Assembly (NCBI RefSeq): GCF_058153355.1
Contig: NZ_CM177019.1
Length of the DNA: 64,000 nucleotides
Reading direction: 5' to 3' (one strand)
Shown in pieces: positions 42,258-54,319 of the stretch. The notes under the pieces are model-generated. The model saw only the letters and a list, made by a program, of their open reading frames with translations. It did not search any database and was not told the origin of the DNA. How positions within the stretch are numbered: position 1 is the stretch's first letter; each line of letters opens with the position of its first letter. A program made the position numbers and the translations under genes.

Positions 42258-42431
42258 CTAGTTGTCGCTTTTACCGTGACTGCTCTTGCCACCTTTTTTA
42301 CCTGCTTCAGATGCGCGCTGCGGGTCATTTTTGAAATTACCCCCGCTGTGCTGTCCACCTTTTTTACCTGCTTCTGATGCTCTTTCGCGGTCTTCTGCAA
42401 AATTGCCGGAACCGCCTCGATGGTTTGCCAT
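42258..42431 (-). CDS. ymdF: KGG-repeat stress-induced small protein YmdF (57 aa)
   Basis: ORF 42258..42461; start MANHRGGSGNF; repeated SEAGKKGG motifs. Confidence 0.75.
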   Translation of the reverse strand: MANHRGGSGNFAEDRERASEAGKKGGQHSGGNFKNDPQRASEAGKKGGKSSHGKSDN

Positions 42432-42785
42432 TACTGACCTCCGTCTGGGTATAGACATCATATTGCATAGAATTAACGCGGCGTATGGCGGCTGCCATAT
42501 TTTCGCTACGTGGGACTAAGCTTAGTGAACTGACGCGGGCAGACCCGCGTTTGGTAATATCCTGCAACAGCTTCTTAGCGAGAATAGATATCATCTCCAA
42601 TAATTATCTATAAGCCGCTCTTATGATTAAAAAAACGCGATGAGATAAAAATGTGTCATTTTGCGACAAAATTGCGTGCTTGTGAAAGTTGTTATAAATC
42701 AAATAAGTGGTTGTGAAATTTGCACTCTGAAAAGGACGTCTTATCTTTAAATAAGTGGTAGCGAATCGCTACGGAATAGAGATAA

Positions 42786-43400
<615 letters not shown>

Positions 43401-43420
43401 TCTTCAACAGGAGGATACGC

Positions 43421-43648
43421 ATGCCAACTCAAGAAGCGAAAGCTCATCACGTCGGTGAATGGGCATCTCTGCGCAATACGTCGCCGGAAATAGCCGAGGC
43501 CATTTTCGAAGTCGCCGGGTACGACGAAAAAATGGCGGAAAAGATTTGGGAAGAAGGTAGCGATGAAGTGTTAGTCAAAGCCTTTGCGAAGACCGATAAA
43601 GATTCGCTTTTTTGGGGCGAACAGACCATCGAACGTAAAAACGTTTAA
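43421..43648 (+). CDS. yccJ: small protein YccJ (75 aa)
   Basis: ORF 43421..43648 immediately after wrbA. Confidence 0.8.
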
Positions 43649-43649
43649 C

Positions 43650-43690
43650 CAGCGACTCCCCCGCTTCACGCGGGGGAGTTTTCTGTTATT
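43650..43690. terminator. hairpin between convergent yccJ and agp (putative bidirectional terminator)
   Basis: ctcccccgc ttca cgcgggggag followed by ttttctgtt. Confidence 0.6.
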
Positions 43691-44927
43691 TCACCGCTTC
43701 ATTCAACACGCTATCAAACTTATCCATTGGGCAGAAACCATCAGCGTCTATCGGGCAGCCGGTTAATTCCAGCGTCACGCGCTGAGCCGGAGCCTGCAAC
43801 GTTAACGCGTCGGCATTACGCAACTGTTCCGAACTCTGATACACATATTCAATTTTCATCAAATCGCGATTAGCTTTGCTGTCATGCCAACGCTGGAAAA
43901 CGATTTTGCCGCCAATCGGCGTGCGTTCGTTCTGGTCATGCAACTGATACGGTTTGAAATCAAGTGCCGTTAACAGAGAGGCAATGTTTGAGTCGTGCCC
44001 AACCAGTACCGTGATTTTCGGTGCACTGGCGCGATCTGTCACCAGCGCTCTGTCGATATAACTGACCAGTGGTTTCGCAACATTGCGCGCCACTTCCGGT
44101 GAGGTAAACAGGCTATCCTGGTAACCGTTTTTCAGCTTCGACAACACTTTCCACTGTTGGTCAGATTTGATTTCTCCCCACGCCACCTGATCCATCGGGA
44201 AACCTTCGTAGTATTGCAAAGTAAACGCATCTACCAGCGAGTTGCCGACTTTCAGCGGCCCGGAAACGCCCGGTTCTTGTTGATACTTCGCGCTAAAGGT
44301 GTTTTTGCCATCTACAAGCGAACACTGTTGCTTCTCTTTACAGGCAGGAGAATCTTTATAGTTAACGATTTTTTCCAGTAGCTTGTAGCTGTCGGTAAGC
44401 TGGAGTTTGCCGAGCTCTTTCTCCATTGCCGCCACCGCCTGTTCACTGAATGCGGCGGAATCATCGGTGATCACCGGGTTAAAGGTTGGGTCCATGGTGC
44501 CCATTTTTTCCTGGTGGTGGACTGGAATGTCACACCCAGGGAATGCGCCAGTAATAAAGAACTGCGCGGTTGCGACGGTACGTTGCAGGCTGTTGGCATA
44601 GGCATAAACGGTGTCCGGCGGCGGGCATTCCCCCGAATTCACCATCCCCTGCTCTGCCAGCCACTCACGCATATAGTGGCCCATATACACTTCCAGCACA
44701 CCGCCTTTGGTGGTGAGCTGCCCACCGGGGACGTCCCATTCTGGCCATTTATTCGGTGTGGATTGTTCCAGCACACTGCCATTGTTCGCCAGCGGCGCAC
44801 GTAAGTTATGGCGGCTCATCATGAGCACTTGCTGCAACTGATAGCCTTCCGGTACGGTTTGTGCCTGAGCATTTGAAGCGAGTAAAACTATCCCTGCCAC
44901 AGCTGCGGCGATTAGCGTTTTGTTCAT
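43686..44927 (-). CDS. agp: periplasmic glucose-1-phosphatase Agp (413 aa from Met [10 protein letters not shown])
   Basis: ORF 43686..44951; histidine acid phosphatase motif RHNLRAP. Confidence 0.9.
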   Translation of the reverse strand: MNKTLIAAAVAGIVLLASNAQAQTVPEGYQLQQVLMMSRHNLRAPLANNGSVLEQSTPNKWPEWDVPGGQLTTKGGVLEVYMGHYMREWLAEQGMVNSGECPPPDTVYAYANSLQRTVATAQFFITGAFPGCDIPVHHQEKMGTMDPTFNPVITDDSAAFSEQAVAAMEKELGKLQLTDSYKLLEKIVNYKDSPACKEKQQCSLVDGKNTFSAKYQQEPGVSGPLKVGNSLVDAFTLQYYEGFPMDQVAWGEIKSDQQWKVLSKLKNGYQDSLFTSPEVARNVAKPLVSYIDRALVTDRASAPKITVLVGHDSNIASLLTALDFKPYQLHDQNERTPIGGKIVFQRWHDSKANRDLMKIEYVYQSSEQLRNADALTLQAPAQRVTLELTGCPIDADGFCPMDKFDSVLNEAVK

Positions 44928-45221
44928 TCCTGGCACCTCTTTTGTTATCAATCACCAAAGAGTGTGACAGAAATATGACATTTTTCCGGGAACAGGTTCG
45001 CAAAATGGCTTGTTGAGTGCCTGTTTTTCTATATTTGTCATTAAAAAAAGGCAAGATTTGACGCAACCTATGCATGATTAGCCCCTGCCTCGTGTACGCC
45101 GTTGATGATTTCACCATGGGCTAGACAGAATATCACCGACGTTATCGATACAGGGGCAATATTTACTAGTAAAAAGAGAATGTGAGACTAATAAAAACTA
45201 TTTTAGCACATGTCTTTATCA

Positions 45222-46475
45222 TTAGATGGCATAACGATTTAAATAGTCCAGTTGCGCTTTCATTTCCTTATGGTTTAACTGGTATGACTGAGCAAAAAGT
45301 TCAGTAGGGAGGTAAACGTCATAATGATTGCCAGTATTCATTAAATAACCATACTCAAGATCTTCATCCGTTGAAAAGGATTCACTTCCCAAGGAGATTG
45401 ATCCCACATTACAGGCAACAATAAACAATGAACAAATGCTATCTGAAAGCACAGCAAGGAAATTCTTCACTGCTTTAACCTTTTCCGGAGAGTCGGTATT
45501 TAAAACAAGCGAACCCTTGTTATCATTAAATATAAACTCGGGTAAATGCAATATGCATCTTTCGTCATTCAAGCAACTACCAATGAATTCTTTTTTAAAC
45601 TTAATAAAATTCGACGCTAAAGAATTACCCATATCCTGAATTTGGTTGTCAGAATGCAGATCAACGCCAAATAATGTCTTAATATCTTCCCTGAGATTAA
45701 AGAATGCTGCATCAACAAAAGACTCAATCACTTGTTTATCAACAATTTTAATAAATTCGTCGTATACTTCTTTTTGCGTCTTTTGACTACCAAGCGCCCA
45801 TGAATAATCAACGTGTTTTATAACCAGTATGGCTCTTAACAGACAATATCCATCGCCATCTACAGGCGCGTATTTTAATTTATGTGCTTGATTAATTTCA
45901 CTCTGAATAAAAGATATACCAGACAAATCAATACCAGTAACTGAATCATATATTCCCGGCGTATTTATCCATTTTGGCTGGACACTCGTAATTTCATCAT
46001 CATCAAAGCAATACTCAGAAAAAACATCATTACACTCATTTAAGATATCAACATATGCTATAAATTTATACCAACAGCTACTTTTAAAGCCTGCAATAGC
46101 CTGTGAAAACATACCCGGCAAGGATATATTAACAAGCTCTCTTTCTTGAAAATATTGTATAGTATAGGTAATGCCTCCTGAATCCCCTGAATAAGTGTTT
46201 GTATCATGAGTACGTAATGTTTTCATAAATGAAGATAAATCATTATCATTTTGCATTTCCTCTAATTCTGTTTCTAGTGATTCACACACCAGGCATGAAA
46301 TATTTTCTTCTTTCCGCATGATTTCATTGTACAACCGCATAAAACACTCTAGTTTTTGTTCAAAAAGCGTGATTGAACATTTTTGATTTTCTTCGCGCCT
46401 GGTTTTTATATCGGCCCAGGCTGTTTTCAAATAATTATTAGCACTGCAACTTACTCCATGTATATTACTACCCAT
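45222..46475 (-). CDS. yccE: uncharacterised protein YccE (417 aa)
   Basis: ORF 45222..46475; position between agp and cbpA as in K-12; function unknown. Confidence 0.7.
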   Translation of the reverse strand: MGSNIHGVSCSANNYLKTAWADIKTRREENQKCSITLFEQKLECFMRLYNEIMRKEENISCLVCESLETELEEMQNDNDLSSFMKTLRTHDTNTYSGDSGGITYTIQYFQERELVNISLPGMFSQAIAGFKSSCWYKFIAYVDILNECNDVFSEYCFDDDEITSVQPKWINTPGIYDSVTGIDLSGISFIQSEINQAHKLKYAPVDGDGYCLLRAILVIKHVDYSWALGSQKTQKEVYDEFIKIVDKQVIESFVDAAFFNLREDIKTLFGVDLHSDNQIQDMGNSLASNFIKFKKEFIGSCLNDERCILHLPEFIFNDNKGSLVLNTDSPEKVKAVKNFLAVLSDSICSLFIVACNVGSISLGSESFSTDEDLEYGYLMNTGNHYDVYLPTELFAQSYQLNHKEMKAQLDYLNRYAI

Positions 46476-46732
46476 ATATAGCGCCTATAAAATTTAATAA
46501 ATAATGACGTCCTAGTTAAGCTTAAAGTGCCTGATTTAACTATCAAAAATCGCTCACCCTTTTACCTGTTTAAACTATGCTCAGCAATCCATCTTGACGC
46601 CACCTCCTCTCCACGATGATTTCAATAACATATTCTGTGTTGGCATATGAAATTTTGAGGATTACCCTACACTTATAGGAGTTACCTTACAGGGGTTCCT
46701 TCAATTTGTGTTGATTTACGCGAGATAACGCT

Positions 46733-47653
46733 ATGGAACTAAAGGATTATTACGCCATCATGGGCGTGAAACCGACGGACGATCTCAAGACAATCAAGAC
46801 CGCCTATCGTCGACTGGCCCGCAAATACCATCCTGATGTCAGCAAAGAACCGGATGCCGAAGCCCGCTTCAAAGAGGTCGCTGAAGCCTGGGAAGTGTTA
46901 AGTGATGAACAACGTCGCGCTGAGTATGATCAGATGTGGCAACATCGCAACGATCCGCAATTTAACCGTCAATTCCATCATGACGACGGTCAGAGTTTTA
47001 ACGCCGAAGATTTTGACGATATCTTCTCGTCAATTTTCGGTCAGCATGCCCGCCAGAGCCGTCAACGCCCCGCCACCCGCGGCCACGATATTGAAATCGA
47101 AGTGGCGGTATTCCTGGAAGAAACGCTTACTGAGCACAAGCGTACCATCAGCTATAACCTGCCGGTTTATAACGCCTTTGGCATGATCGAACAGGAAATC
47201 CCGAAAACGCTGAATGTGAAGATCCCGGCGGGCGTCGGCAATGGTCAACGCATCCGCCTGAAAGGCCAGGGAACGCCGGGCGAAAATGGCGGCCCAAATG
47301 GCGATTTGTGGCTGGTGATTCATATTGCGCCGCATCCATTGTTTGATATTGTCGGCCAGGATCTGGAAATTGTGGTGCCGGTTAGCCCGTGGGAAGCGGC
47401 GCTGGGTGCTAAAGTCACCGTTCCAACACTGAAAGAAAGCATTTTGCTAACTATCCCGCCGGGCAGTCAGGCCGGGCAACGATTACGCGTTAAAGGCAAA
47501 GGCCTGGTGAGCAAAAAACAGACCGGCGATCTGTATGCGGTACTGAAAATCGTGATGCCGCCGAAACCGGATGAAAATACGGCCGCGCTGTGGCAGCAAC
47601 TGGCAGACGCCCAGTCGTCTTTTGATCCACGTAAAGATTGGGGGAAAGCATGA
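46733..47653 (+). CDS. cbpA: curved-DNA-binding DnaJ homologue CbpA (306 aa)
   Basis: ORF 46733..47653; J-domain with HPD motif (KYHPDVSKE). Confidence 0.9.
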   Translation: MELKDYYAIMGVKPTDDLKTIKTAYRRLARKYHPDVSKEPDAEARFKEVAEAWEVLSDEQRRAEYDQMWQHRNDPQFNRQFHHDDGQSFNAEDFDDIFSSIFGQHARQSRQRPATRGHDIEIEVAVFLEETLTEHKRTISYNLPVYNAFGMIEQEIPKTLNVKIPAGVGNGQRIRLKGQGTPGENGGPNGDLWLVIHIAPHPLFDIVGQDLEIVVPVSPWEAALGAKVTVPTLKESILLTIPPGSQAGQRLRVKGKGLVSKKQTGDLYAVLKIVMPPKPDENTAALWQQLADAQSSFDPRKDWGKA

Positions 47654-47958
47654 TGGCTAATGTTACGGTGACTTTTACTATTACCGAATTTTGCCTACAT
47701 ACCGGCATCTCTGAAGAGGAATTGAATGAAATTGTCGGTTTGGGGGTGGTTGAACCGCGAGAGCGCCTGGAAACAACCTGGGTATTTGACGACCATGCCG
47801 CCATTGTGGTGCAACGTGCGGTACGCCTGCGTCATGAACTGGCTCTGGACTGGCCGGGGATCGCGGTGGCGCTGACGTTAATGGATGATATTGCGCACCT
47901 GAAGCAGGAAAACCGCTTGCTGCGCCAGCGGCTTTCCCGGTTTGTGGCTCATCCGTGA
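47653..47958 (+). CDS. cbpM: CbpA modulator CbpM (101 aa)
   Basis: ORF 47638..47958; ATG overlaps cbpA stop. Confidence 0.85.
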   Translation: MANVTVTFTITEFCLHTGISEEELNEIVGLGVVEPRERLETTWVFDDHAAIVVQRAVRLRHELALDWPGIAVALTLMDDIAHLKQENRLLRQRLSRFVAHP

Positions 47959-47962
47959 GTTT

Positions 47963-48105
47963 GTTGCCTGATGCGACGCTTAACGCGTCTTATCAGGCCT
48001 ACAAAGCGCACTGTCCCCGTAGGCCGGATAAGGTTCATGCCGCATCCGGCGGATCTGCCTTAATGTCTAATGCGACGCTCAACGCGTCTTATCTGGCCTA
48101 CAAAC
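47963..48105. repeat. REP/BIME cluster between cbpM and torD
   Basis: three REP-like units in alternating orientation. Confidence 0.7.
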
Positions 48106-48109
48106 GGCA

Positions 48110-48709
48110 TTATCTGTTTTGGTTGTCGCACTCCACTAACGCCAGCAATAACTGGCTTAGTGCCGCGTAAAAACCAAAGCTATCATACTGATGGCAACAC
48201 GCCGCAAACTCCGGTAACCATTGTCGCAGCGCCGTCAGTGTTTTTTGCCGCAGATTGTCGATTCTTCGCGCAGGAACGGTCCCCTCTCCCAGCGAAAAAT
48301 GCAGATGACTCAACAACTCGAGATAGATCGCCAGATGATCTGCCGGTTCGTTGAAATTGCCGCTGGTTTCCATCCCTGCCTCAACTAACAAGCGTTTAAT
48401 CTCTTGCTCGTCCTGTTTGTAGGCCGATGCATAAGGCAGCGCCGCTTGTTTGTCGGTCATCAGAAACAGGCCGCAAAAGTCAGCGGCCAGTTCCAGACGG
48501 GCGTCGTCACGCACTGTCAGAGCGGCAATTTTAGTTTCCAGCTCGTTTACCGCCGCAGTGAGCGGCGGTTCGCTTTTTAGCAACGAAAACCATTCAGCCA
48601 TCTGCGCACTGGCGATTTGCGTTAGTTGTTCATCGTCCAGCTCACGGGAGAACAACTGCGCCAGCCAGGCGTAGACACAGGCAATCTGTTGTGCTGTCAG
48701 CGTGGTCAT
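48110..48709 (-). CDS. torD: TMAO reductase chaperone TorD (199 aa)
   Basis: ORF 48110..48742; start [10 protein letters not shown] overlaps torA stop. Confidence 0.9.
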   Translation of the reverse strand: MTTLTAQQIACVYAWLAQLFSRELDDEQLTQIASAQMAEWFSLLKSEPPLTAAVNELETKIAALTVRDDARLELAADFCGLFLMTDKQAALPYASAYKQDEQEIKRLLVEAGMETSGNFNEPADHLAIYLELLSHLHFSLGEGTVPARRIDNLRQKTLTALRQWLPEFAACCHQYDSFGFYAALSQLLLALVECDNQNR

Positions 48710-51252
48710 GATTTCACCTGCGACGCGGGAACATATTCGCACTGCGCCACCATCTCAACGGGGCCGTTAAACGCCGTCACTTGTTCCACTGTTCCGTTGT
48801 ACTTCTCAATTTCCACCAGCGTGGTATGTGCACTGGTCGCCTGCGCCAGCTGCGAAGTACCGATGTCGATGGTCAACACGTTGGGGTTACCGTATTTACA
48901 CAGTGCACCAGGCTCGCCGCCTTTATCTGGATCGTACCATGCCCCTTCGTGAATTCGTGCCACGCCGGGTGCATAGCAGTCAGAAACCACTGCTCCAGCC
49001 AACACCTGACCACGAGCGTTAAAGACGCGCACCACATCACCGTTACGAATACCGCGCGCACTGGCATCCTGCGGGCTAATAAATACTGGCTCTTTACCCG
49101 CAACCGTATATTGCTGACGCAAAGTTTCCGACTCACATAACTGCGAGTGAAGTCGGAAATCCGGATGCACAGATTGCAGATGCAACGGATACTTCTGCGA
49201 GCCGGGCCCACCGTGGGAGCGTTCGATTTTCTCAAACCACATCGGATGCCCCTGACAATCGTCGTAGTTCATATCAGCGATGGTTTTCGAGTAGATCTCA
49301 ATCAGGCCACTCGGCGTGCCCAGCGGTTCGAGATCCGGATCTTCGCGGAATGCCTGGTGGCGAACAAACATCTGCGGATGGTCAAACTCGACGTACTCTT
49401 TCTTATTCCAGAAGTCATCAAACGCTGGCAGATGAACACCGCGTCCTTTGCCCTGTTGTACACCTTCCTGCCAGATGCGTTTCAGCCAGCCCATTTCGTC
49501 CAGCCCTTCGGTAAAGGCTTCTTCACGATTAAAGCGACGGCACAGCTCGCGGAAAATATCAAAGTCGTTGCGCGCCTCAAACTGCGGCGGCACCACCTGT
49601 TTCATGGCGATGATCCCACGGTTGGAGTGGTTACCGTACTGGTCGAGATCGTTACGCTCAAACTGCGTGGTCGCAGGCAGTACGATATCGGCAAAGCGGC
49701 AGGTTGAGGTCCACTGATTATCTATGGCGATAACCGTTTCCAGCTTGCGCCAGCCTTCGATAATGCGGTTGATCTGCTGATGGCGATGGAACGGGTTAGT
49801 TCCGGCAAAAATACACATTTTCAGCGGCGGCAGTTTTACCGATTTACCATTCCAGTTGATCACTTTTCCCGGTTCGAGGATCGCATCGACAAAACGGGCA
49901 ATCGGAATAGTGCTGCTATAGCCTTGGTAGTCGCTGTTGTCGTGAACAGGTGGAATCGACGTAGAGCCGGAGAAACCACTCAAAATAACGCCTTTACGCC
50001 CCGGCGTGCCTGCGCCGTTATAGTGCCAGCCAAAACCAAAGCCACCACCTGGCAGGCCAATTTGCCCCAGCATCGCCGCCAGTACCACAATCATCCACGC
50101 CCACTGTTCACCGTGCTGCATACGCTGTACGCACCAACCAGCAATAATCTGCGTTCTGTTCGCCGCCATCTGCCGCGCCAGTCCACGAATGGTTTCGGCA
50201 TCAATGCCGGTCAGTTTTTCAGCCCATGCGGCATCTTTCGGCTGACCGTCTTTCTCGCCCAGCAGATAGGGCAGGAACTGCTCAAAACCCACACAGTAGT
50301 TAGCGAGGAAGTTTTTGTCGTACAGGTTTTCGCTGTACAACGTATGCGCCAGCGCCAGTTGCAGCGGCACGTCAGTTTGCGGGTTAACCGCAATGTGCTT
50401 CACATGCTCGCGTCCCAGATACTCATGAGTGGATGTAACAACCGGATCGATGCTGATGACCTGAATTTCACCGGCGGCGACTTTCGCTTTCAACTGCGCG
50501 TAATATTCATAAACATCGTGATCCGGGCACCACCAGTTCGCTTGCTGGTTTTTCAGCAAATCGGAGCCCCACAGCACAATGGTTTTGCTGTTCTGCAATA
50601 CCAGCGGCCAGGAGGTTTGCTGTTCATACACTTCCATTGAGCCAACTACACGCGGCAGGATCACCTGCGCAGCACCGGTGGAGTAATCCCCACCCGTACC
50701 AACGCTATTACCATGTAAGGCAATCGCTTTCGCCAACATCCCCGACGCGTTATGGAACATCCCCGTCGACTGCCAACCACTGGCGGTCAACAAGGCACTC
50801 GGCCCGTGAGTTTTCTGTACGCGTTCCAGTTCTTCATAGAACATGTCGAGGGCTTCATCCCAGCTCACGCGCACAAAACGGTTATCACCTCGCTGGGAGG
50901 TGTCGCTCAGATGGCGCTTACGTAGCCAGTCCACGCGTACCATCGGATAACGAATACGCGCCGCGTTGTGTACGTGGTCCGGCAATCCGGCGATCATTTT
51001 CGACGGATATTTATCCAGTTCGAACGGTTTTGCCGCCACAAAGCGACCATCCTTCACCGTCGCGCGGATAGCCCCCCAGTGCGACCCGGTAAGAATGCCC
51101 TCTTTCGAGGTGACAGCCTCAGTCGCCGCTTGCGCCGCAGTCGCACGGCGCGGCGTTAACAATGACGACCCCAGCATCCCGGCGACAGTTAAGCCGCCGA
51201 GTTGTGCCAGAAAACGTCGACGTGATGCCTGAAAGAGATCGTTATTGTTCAT
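48706..51252 (-). CDS. torA: trimethylamine-N-oxide reductase TorA (molybdoenzyme, Tat signal, 848 aa)
   Basis: ORF 48706..51252; twin-arginine signal [12 protein letters not shown]. Confidence 0.95.
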   Translation of the reverse strand: MNNNDLFQASRRRFLAQLGGLTVAGMLGSSLLTPRRATAAQAATEAVTSKEGILTGSHWGAIRATVKDGRFVAAKPFELDKYPSKMIAGLPDHVHNAARIRYPMVRVDWLRKRHLSDTSQRGDNRFVRVSWDEALDMFYEELERVQKTHGPSALLTASGWQSTGMFHNASGMLAKAIALHGNSVGTGGDYSTGAAQVILPRVVGSMEVYEQQTSWPLVLQNSKTIVLWGSDLLKNQQANWWCPDHDVYEYYAQLKAKVAAGEIQVISIDPVVTSTHEYLGREHVKHIAVNPQTDVPLQLALAHTLYSENLYDKNFLANYCVGFEQFLPYLLGEKDGQPKDAAWAEKLTGIDAETIRGLARQMAANRTQIIAGWCVQRMQHGEQWAWMIVVLAAMLGQIGLPGGGFGFGWHYNGAGTPGRKGVILSGFSGSTSIPPVHDNSDYQGYSSTIPIARFVDAILEPGKVINWNGKSVKLPPLKMCIFAGTNPFHRHQQINRIIEGWRKLETVIAIDNQWTSTCRFADIVLPATTQFERNDLDQYGNHSNRGIIAMKQVVPPQFEARNDFDIFRELCRRFNREEAFTEGLDEMGWLKRIWQEGVQQGKGRGVHLPAFDDFWNKKEYVEFDHPQMFVRHQAFREDPDLEPLGTPSGLIEIYSKTIADMNYDDCQGHPMWFEKIERSHGGPGSQKYPLHLQSVHPDFRLHSQLCESETLRQQYTVAGKEPVFISPQDASARGIRNGDVVRVFNARGQVLAGAVVSDCYAPGVARIHEGAWYDPDKGGEPGALCKYGNPNVLTIDIGTSQLAQATSAHTTLVEIEKYNGTVEQVTAFNGPVEMVAQCEYVPASQVKS

Positions 51253-52424
51253 TATTTTTCTTCCTTCTTATCGCCGTGAGCCTTACCTGCGGTATCAGAC
51301 GCATTCATTTGCAGATATTTCAGCAAGGTGCGTTCTTCACGTTTATCGAGGCTGGTAAAGCCAATCATGCCGTTGAGCGTGCCAATCCAACCATTAGCGT
51401 CGAAGTGGGCGATTTCCGGTGCGCCGTGGCATTGATTACAAGTGCCGTTGTACAGCGAATCCGCATAAGCCCAGATCGGTTTGATATCGTTCACCATGTC
51501 GCCTTTCTTCATCCACGCGGTGGCCTGCAATTTGCTCCACTCGGTATTGGTATCGGCAACGGTGGTTTTCTCCAGCGTTTTCACCTGCTGCTGAACATCG
51601 CCACGAATCGAGGCAACAAAGATGCGTTTGCCAGGGAACTGGGTGAGTACACGCTGACGTCCTGCGCTTTCCGTCCAGCCAGTGATTTCAATTTGCAGCC
51701 AGTCGCCGTCACGTTTAAGGACTTTCACTTCCGAAGCAGGCAGCAGAGAACCAGACGCTTCTTTATCGCCTTTCGCCGCATAAATTGGCTTAATATCAAT
51801 GGAGTACAGCGTATCACCACTATCATTTGCACTGGCGCGCAGCTCATCGAATTGCTTACGGAAGCCACTACTCATATCAGGTAACTGGTGGGCAATACCT
51901 TTATGACAGTCGATGCAGGATTGATTATCTTTCGCTGCCACCTTCATCTGACGTGCCGCTTCAGGATGTTGCTTCGCATGATCCATCGCGTCGTAGTTAT
52001 GGCAGGAGCGGCAGGTTGCCGAGTTGTTTTCTTTCATTCGCGCCCATTCACGCTCGGCAAGTTCCGCGCGTTTGGCTTCGAATTTCTCAGGTGTATCAAT
52101 GGAGTGGGCAATAAAGGTCTGGTAGATGTCGTTGCTCGCTTCCAGTTTACGCTTCACCATGCCTGGAATATCCGGCGGGATATGGCAGTCATGGCATTCA
52201 GCTCGCACGCCGGAGGCGTTCTGGAAATGCACCGACTGTTTATATTCTTCATACACCGGTTGCATACTGTGGCAACTGACACAAAATTCGGTTGTGCTGG
52301 TGACTTTGATCCCCACGTGAGGTAACACAATCAGCGCAATGCCAATCACAATCCCAATAGCGACCAGCGCCAGTACCGACCAACGAGCACTGGGTCGGCG
52401 TAACGCGTTCCAGAGTTTCCGCAT
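51252..52424 (-). CDS. torC: pentahaem c-type cytochrome TorC (390 aa from Met MRKLWNAL)
   Basis: ORF 51252..52472; multiple CxxCH haem motifs. Confidence 0.9.
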   Translation of the reverse strand: MRKLWNALRRPSARWSVLALVAIGIVIGIALIVLPHVGIKVTSTTEFCVSCHSMQPVYEEYKQSVHFQNASGVRAECHDCHIPPDIPGMVKRKLEASNDIYQTFIAHSIDTPEKFEAKRAELAEREWARMKENNSATCRSCHNYDAMDHAKQHPEAARQMKVAAKDNQSCIDCHKGIAHQLPDMSSGFRKQFDELRASANDSGDTLYSIDIKPIYAAKGDKEASGSLLPASEVKVLKRDGDWLQIEITGWTESAGRQRVLTQFPGKRIFVASIRGDVQQQVKTLEKTTVADTNTEWSKLQATAWMKKGDMVNDIKPIWAYADSLYNGTCNQCHGAPEIAHFDANGWIGTLNGMIGFTSLDKREERTLLKYLQMNASDTAGKAHGDKKEEK

Positions 52425-52459
52425 AATAGCCCCTGTAAAATTATGGTTTAGTGAAGCGA

Positions 52460-52530
52460 TCTTAATGAGCAAATATGAACAGCGGCACTGGTCAGGATGA
52501 ACGGCTTACGGCAGAATATGAACAGAATGA
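52460..52530. promoter_or_regulatory. torR-torCAD intergenic region with repeated decamers (candidate TorR boxes)
   Basis: atatgaacag at 52473 and 52516, ggatgaacgg at 52495 (reverse complement of CTGTTCATAT-type box). Confidence 0.7.
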
Positions 52531-52543
52531 GTAAAACTCTCTG

Positions 52544-53236
52544 ATGCCACATCACATTGTTATTGTTGAAGATGAGCCGGTTACCCAGGCGCGATTACAA
52601 ACCTACTTCACTCAGGAGGGGTATACGGTTTCCGTTACGGCGAGCGGTGCCGGGCTGCGTGAAATTATGCAAAACCAGCCAGTGGATTTAATTCTGCTGG
52701 ATATCAATTTGCCCGATGAAAATGGCCTGATGTTAACCCGCGCCCTGCGGGAACGTTCGACGGTGGGTATTATTCTGGTTACCGGACGCAGCGATCGGAT
52801 TGACCGTATTGTTGGGCTGGAAATGGGCGCAGACGATTACGTCACCAAACCGCTGGAACTGCGCGAACTGGTGGTACGGGTGAAAAATCTGCTCTGGCGA
52901 ATCGACCTCGCGCGACAAGCTCAACCGCTCACTCAGGACAACTGCTATCGCTTTGCCGGTTATTGCCTGAATGTGTCGCGCCATACGCTGGAGCTTGATG
53001 GCGAACCGATTAAACTAACCCGCGCAGAGTATGAAATGTTGGTGGCATTTGTGACCAATCCGGGCGAAATTCTCAGCCGTGAACGTCTGCTGCGTATGCT
53101 TTCTGCGCGCCGGGTGGAAAATCCCGACCTGCGCACCGTCGATGTGTTAATTCGTCGTTTACGTCATAAACTCAGCGCGGATTTACTGGTGACACAACAT
53201 GGCGAAGGTTATTTCTTAGCCGCTGATGTGTGCTGA
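52544..53236 (+). CDS. torR: response regulator TorR (OmpR family, 230 aa)
   Basis: ORF 52544..53236; receiver domain plus winged-helix. Confidence 0.9.
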   Translation: MPHHIVIVEDEPVTQARLQTYFTQEGYTVSVTASGAGLREIMQNQPVDLILLDINLPDENGLMLTRALRERSTVGIILVTGRSDRIDRIVGLEMGADDYVTKPLELRELVVRVKNLLWRIDLARQAQPLTQDNCYRFAGYCLNVSRHTLELDGEPIKLTRAEYEMLVAFVTNPGEILSRERLLRMLSARRVENPDLRTVDVLIRRLRHKLSADLLVTQHGEGYFLAADVC

Positions 53237-54237
53237 TAAAAATAGACCGGACGAAATCCCCCTGGTGACAGCGAGCGGCGGATATGTTCGCGATCGGCAT
53301 TTTTCGGCGTCAGGACTAAAATCGGTGGGCTGACATTATCAGACACCGATTGTCCCTGTAATTGCCTGATCGCTTGCTCAACCGCCAGTTCCCCCTGCCA
53401 GACCATTTGATCGCTGGCAGCCATGATCACTCTTCCCCGCTTTAGTCCGCGATACACCTGATGTGAAAGATAAAATGACACCACGGTCAGCGGCGTTTTC
53501 AGGTTGCGCCCTTCACCCATTGCCGCCTCTGCCGCAATCGCCGTTCCGGCCACAACGTCGATTTCTGGATGGCGCTCCAACATCTCCTGCAACAGGTTAC
53601 GCTGGATTTCAATATCGTTGTCGCCGAGCGCAATATCGACAATACGCACCGGGCTTCCGGCAATGGCGGCGCGGAAACCCTCTACCATCTCCTTACTGCC
53701 CCCGGCGTTATCGGGGCCGGGCATCAACAGCACGTTCAGTGGTTTTCCGTGACTCCATTGCACCAGATATCGCCCTGGTTGATAGCCCATCTGAAACCAC
53801 GGCACACCAACGCGGCTTTTCACCTGGGGAGCATCAATAGCATTTACCAGTTCGATCACCGGCAGACTTGCTACCTGCTTTTGCAGGTCGGGAAATGACG
53901 TCGTGCTACTACCGAGCAAAATGGCCTCTGCACCCCACTGTTTGCACTGGTCGATTTGTGCTTGCTGGGTAGCCAACTGGCTGTAGCCGCCTGCCTCCAG
54001 CACTTTTAAATCCACACCGTAGCGGCGAGCAGCCTCCTGCATACCATAGTTCAACGATAACCAGTATGAATCTTTCAGGCTGGGATAAAGCGCGCACAGT
54101 TTCCATGCGCGTTTGGCTTTAAGCGGCATAGAGGCTTGCACCGTGAAATGCTGCGCATCATGCCAGCGCAACAAGTTATCAGCCGAAAAACCAGGCCACA
54201 TGAAAAGGGAAAGAAGTAACAATAGCAGTACGCGCAT
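53209..54237 (-). CDS. torT: periplasmic TMAO-binding protein TorT (342 aa)
   Basis: ORF 53209..54237; signal peptide; 3' end overlaps torR 3' end by 28 bp. Confidence 0.85.
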   Translation of the reverse strand: MRVLLLLLLSLFMWPGFSADNLLRWHDAQHFTVQASMPLKAKRAWKLCALYPSLKDSYWLSLNYGMQEAARRYGVDLKVLEAGGYSQLATQQAQIDQCKQWGAEAILLGSSTTSFPDLQKQVASLPVIELVNAIDAPQVKSRVGVPWFQMGYQPGRYLVQWSHGKPLNVLLMPGPDNAGGSKEMVEGFRAAIAGSPVRIVDIALGDNDIEIQRNLLQEMLERHPEIDVVAGTAIAAEAAMGEGRNLKTPLTVVSFYLSHQVYRGLKRGRVIMAASDQMVWQGELAVEQAIRQLQGQSVSDNVSPPILVLTPKNADREHIRRSLSPGGFRPVYFYQHTSAAKK

Positions 54238-54319
54238 GATAGCCTCATCAATGATAAGGCTTTATGCTAGATGCATTCCGCTTTGCGACTCAACCTTTTT
54301 CACCTTAAGTACACTGACC

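Noticed and set aside
42286-42600. ORFs antisense to or upstream of ymdF
   Set aside because: Antisense reading of the KGG-repeat gene and its promoter region
47955-48170. 71-aa ORF downstream of cbpM
   Set aside because: Lies entirely in the REP/BIME cluster and overlaps the torD 3' end
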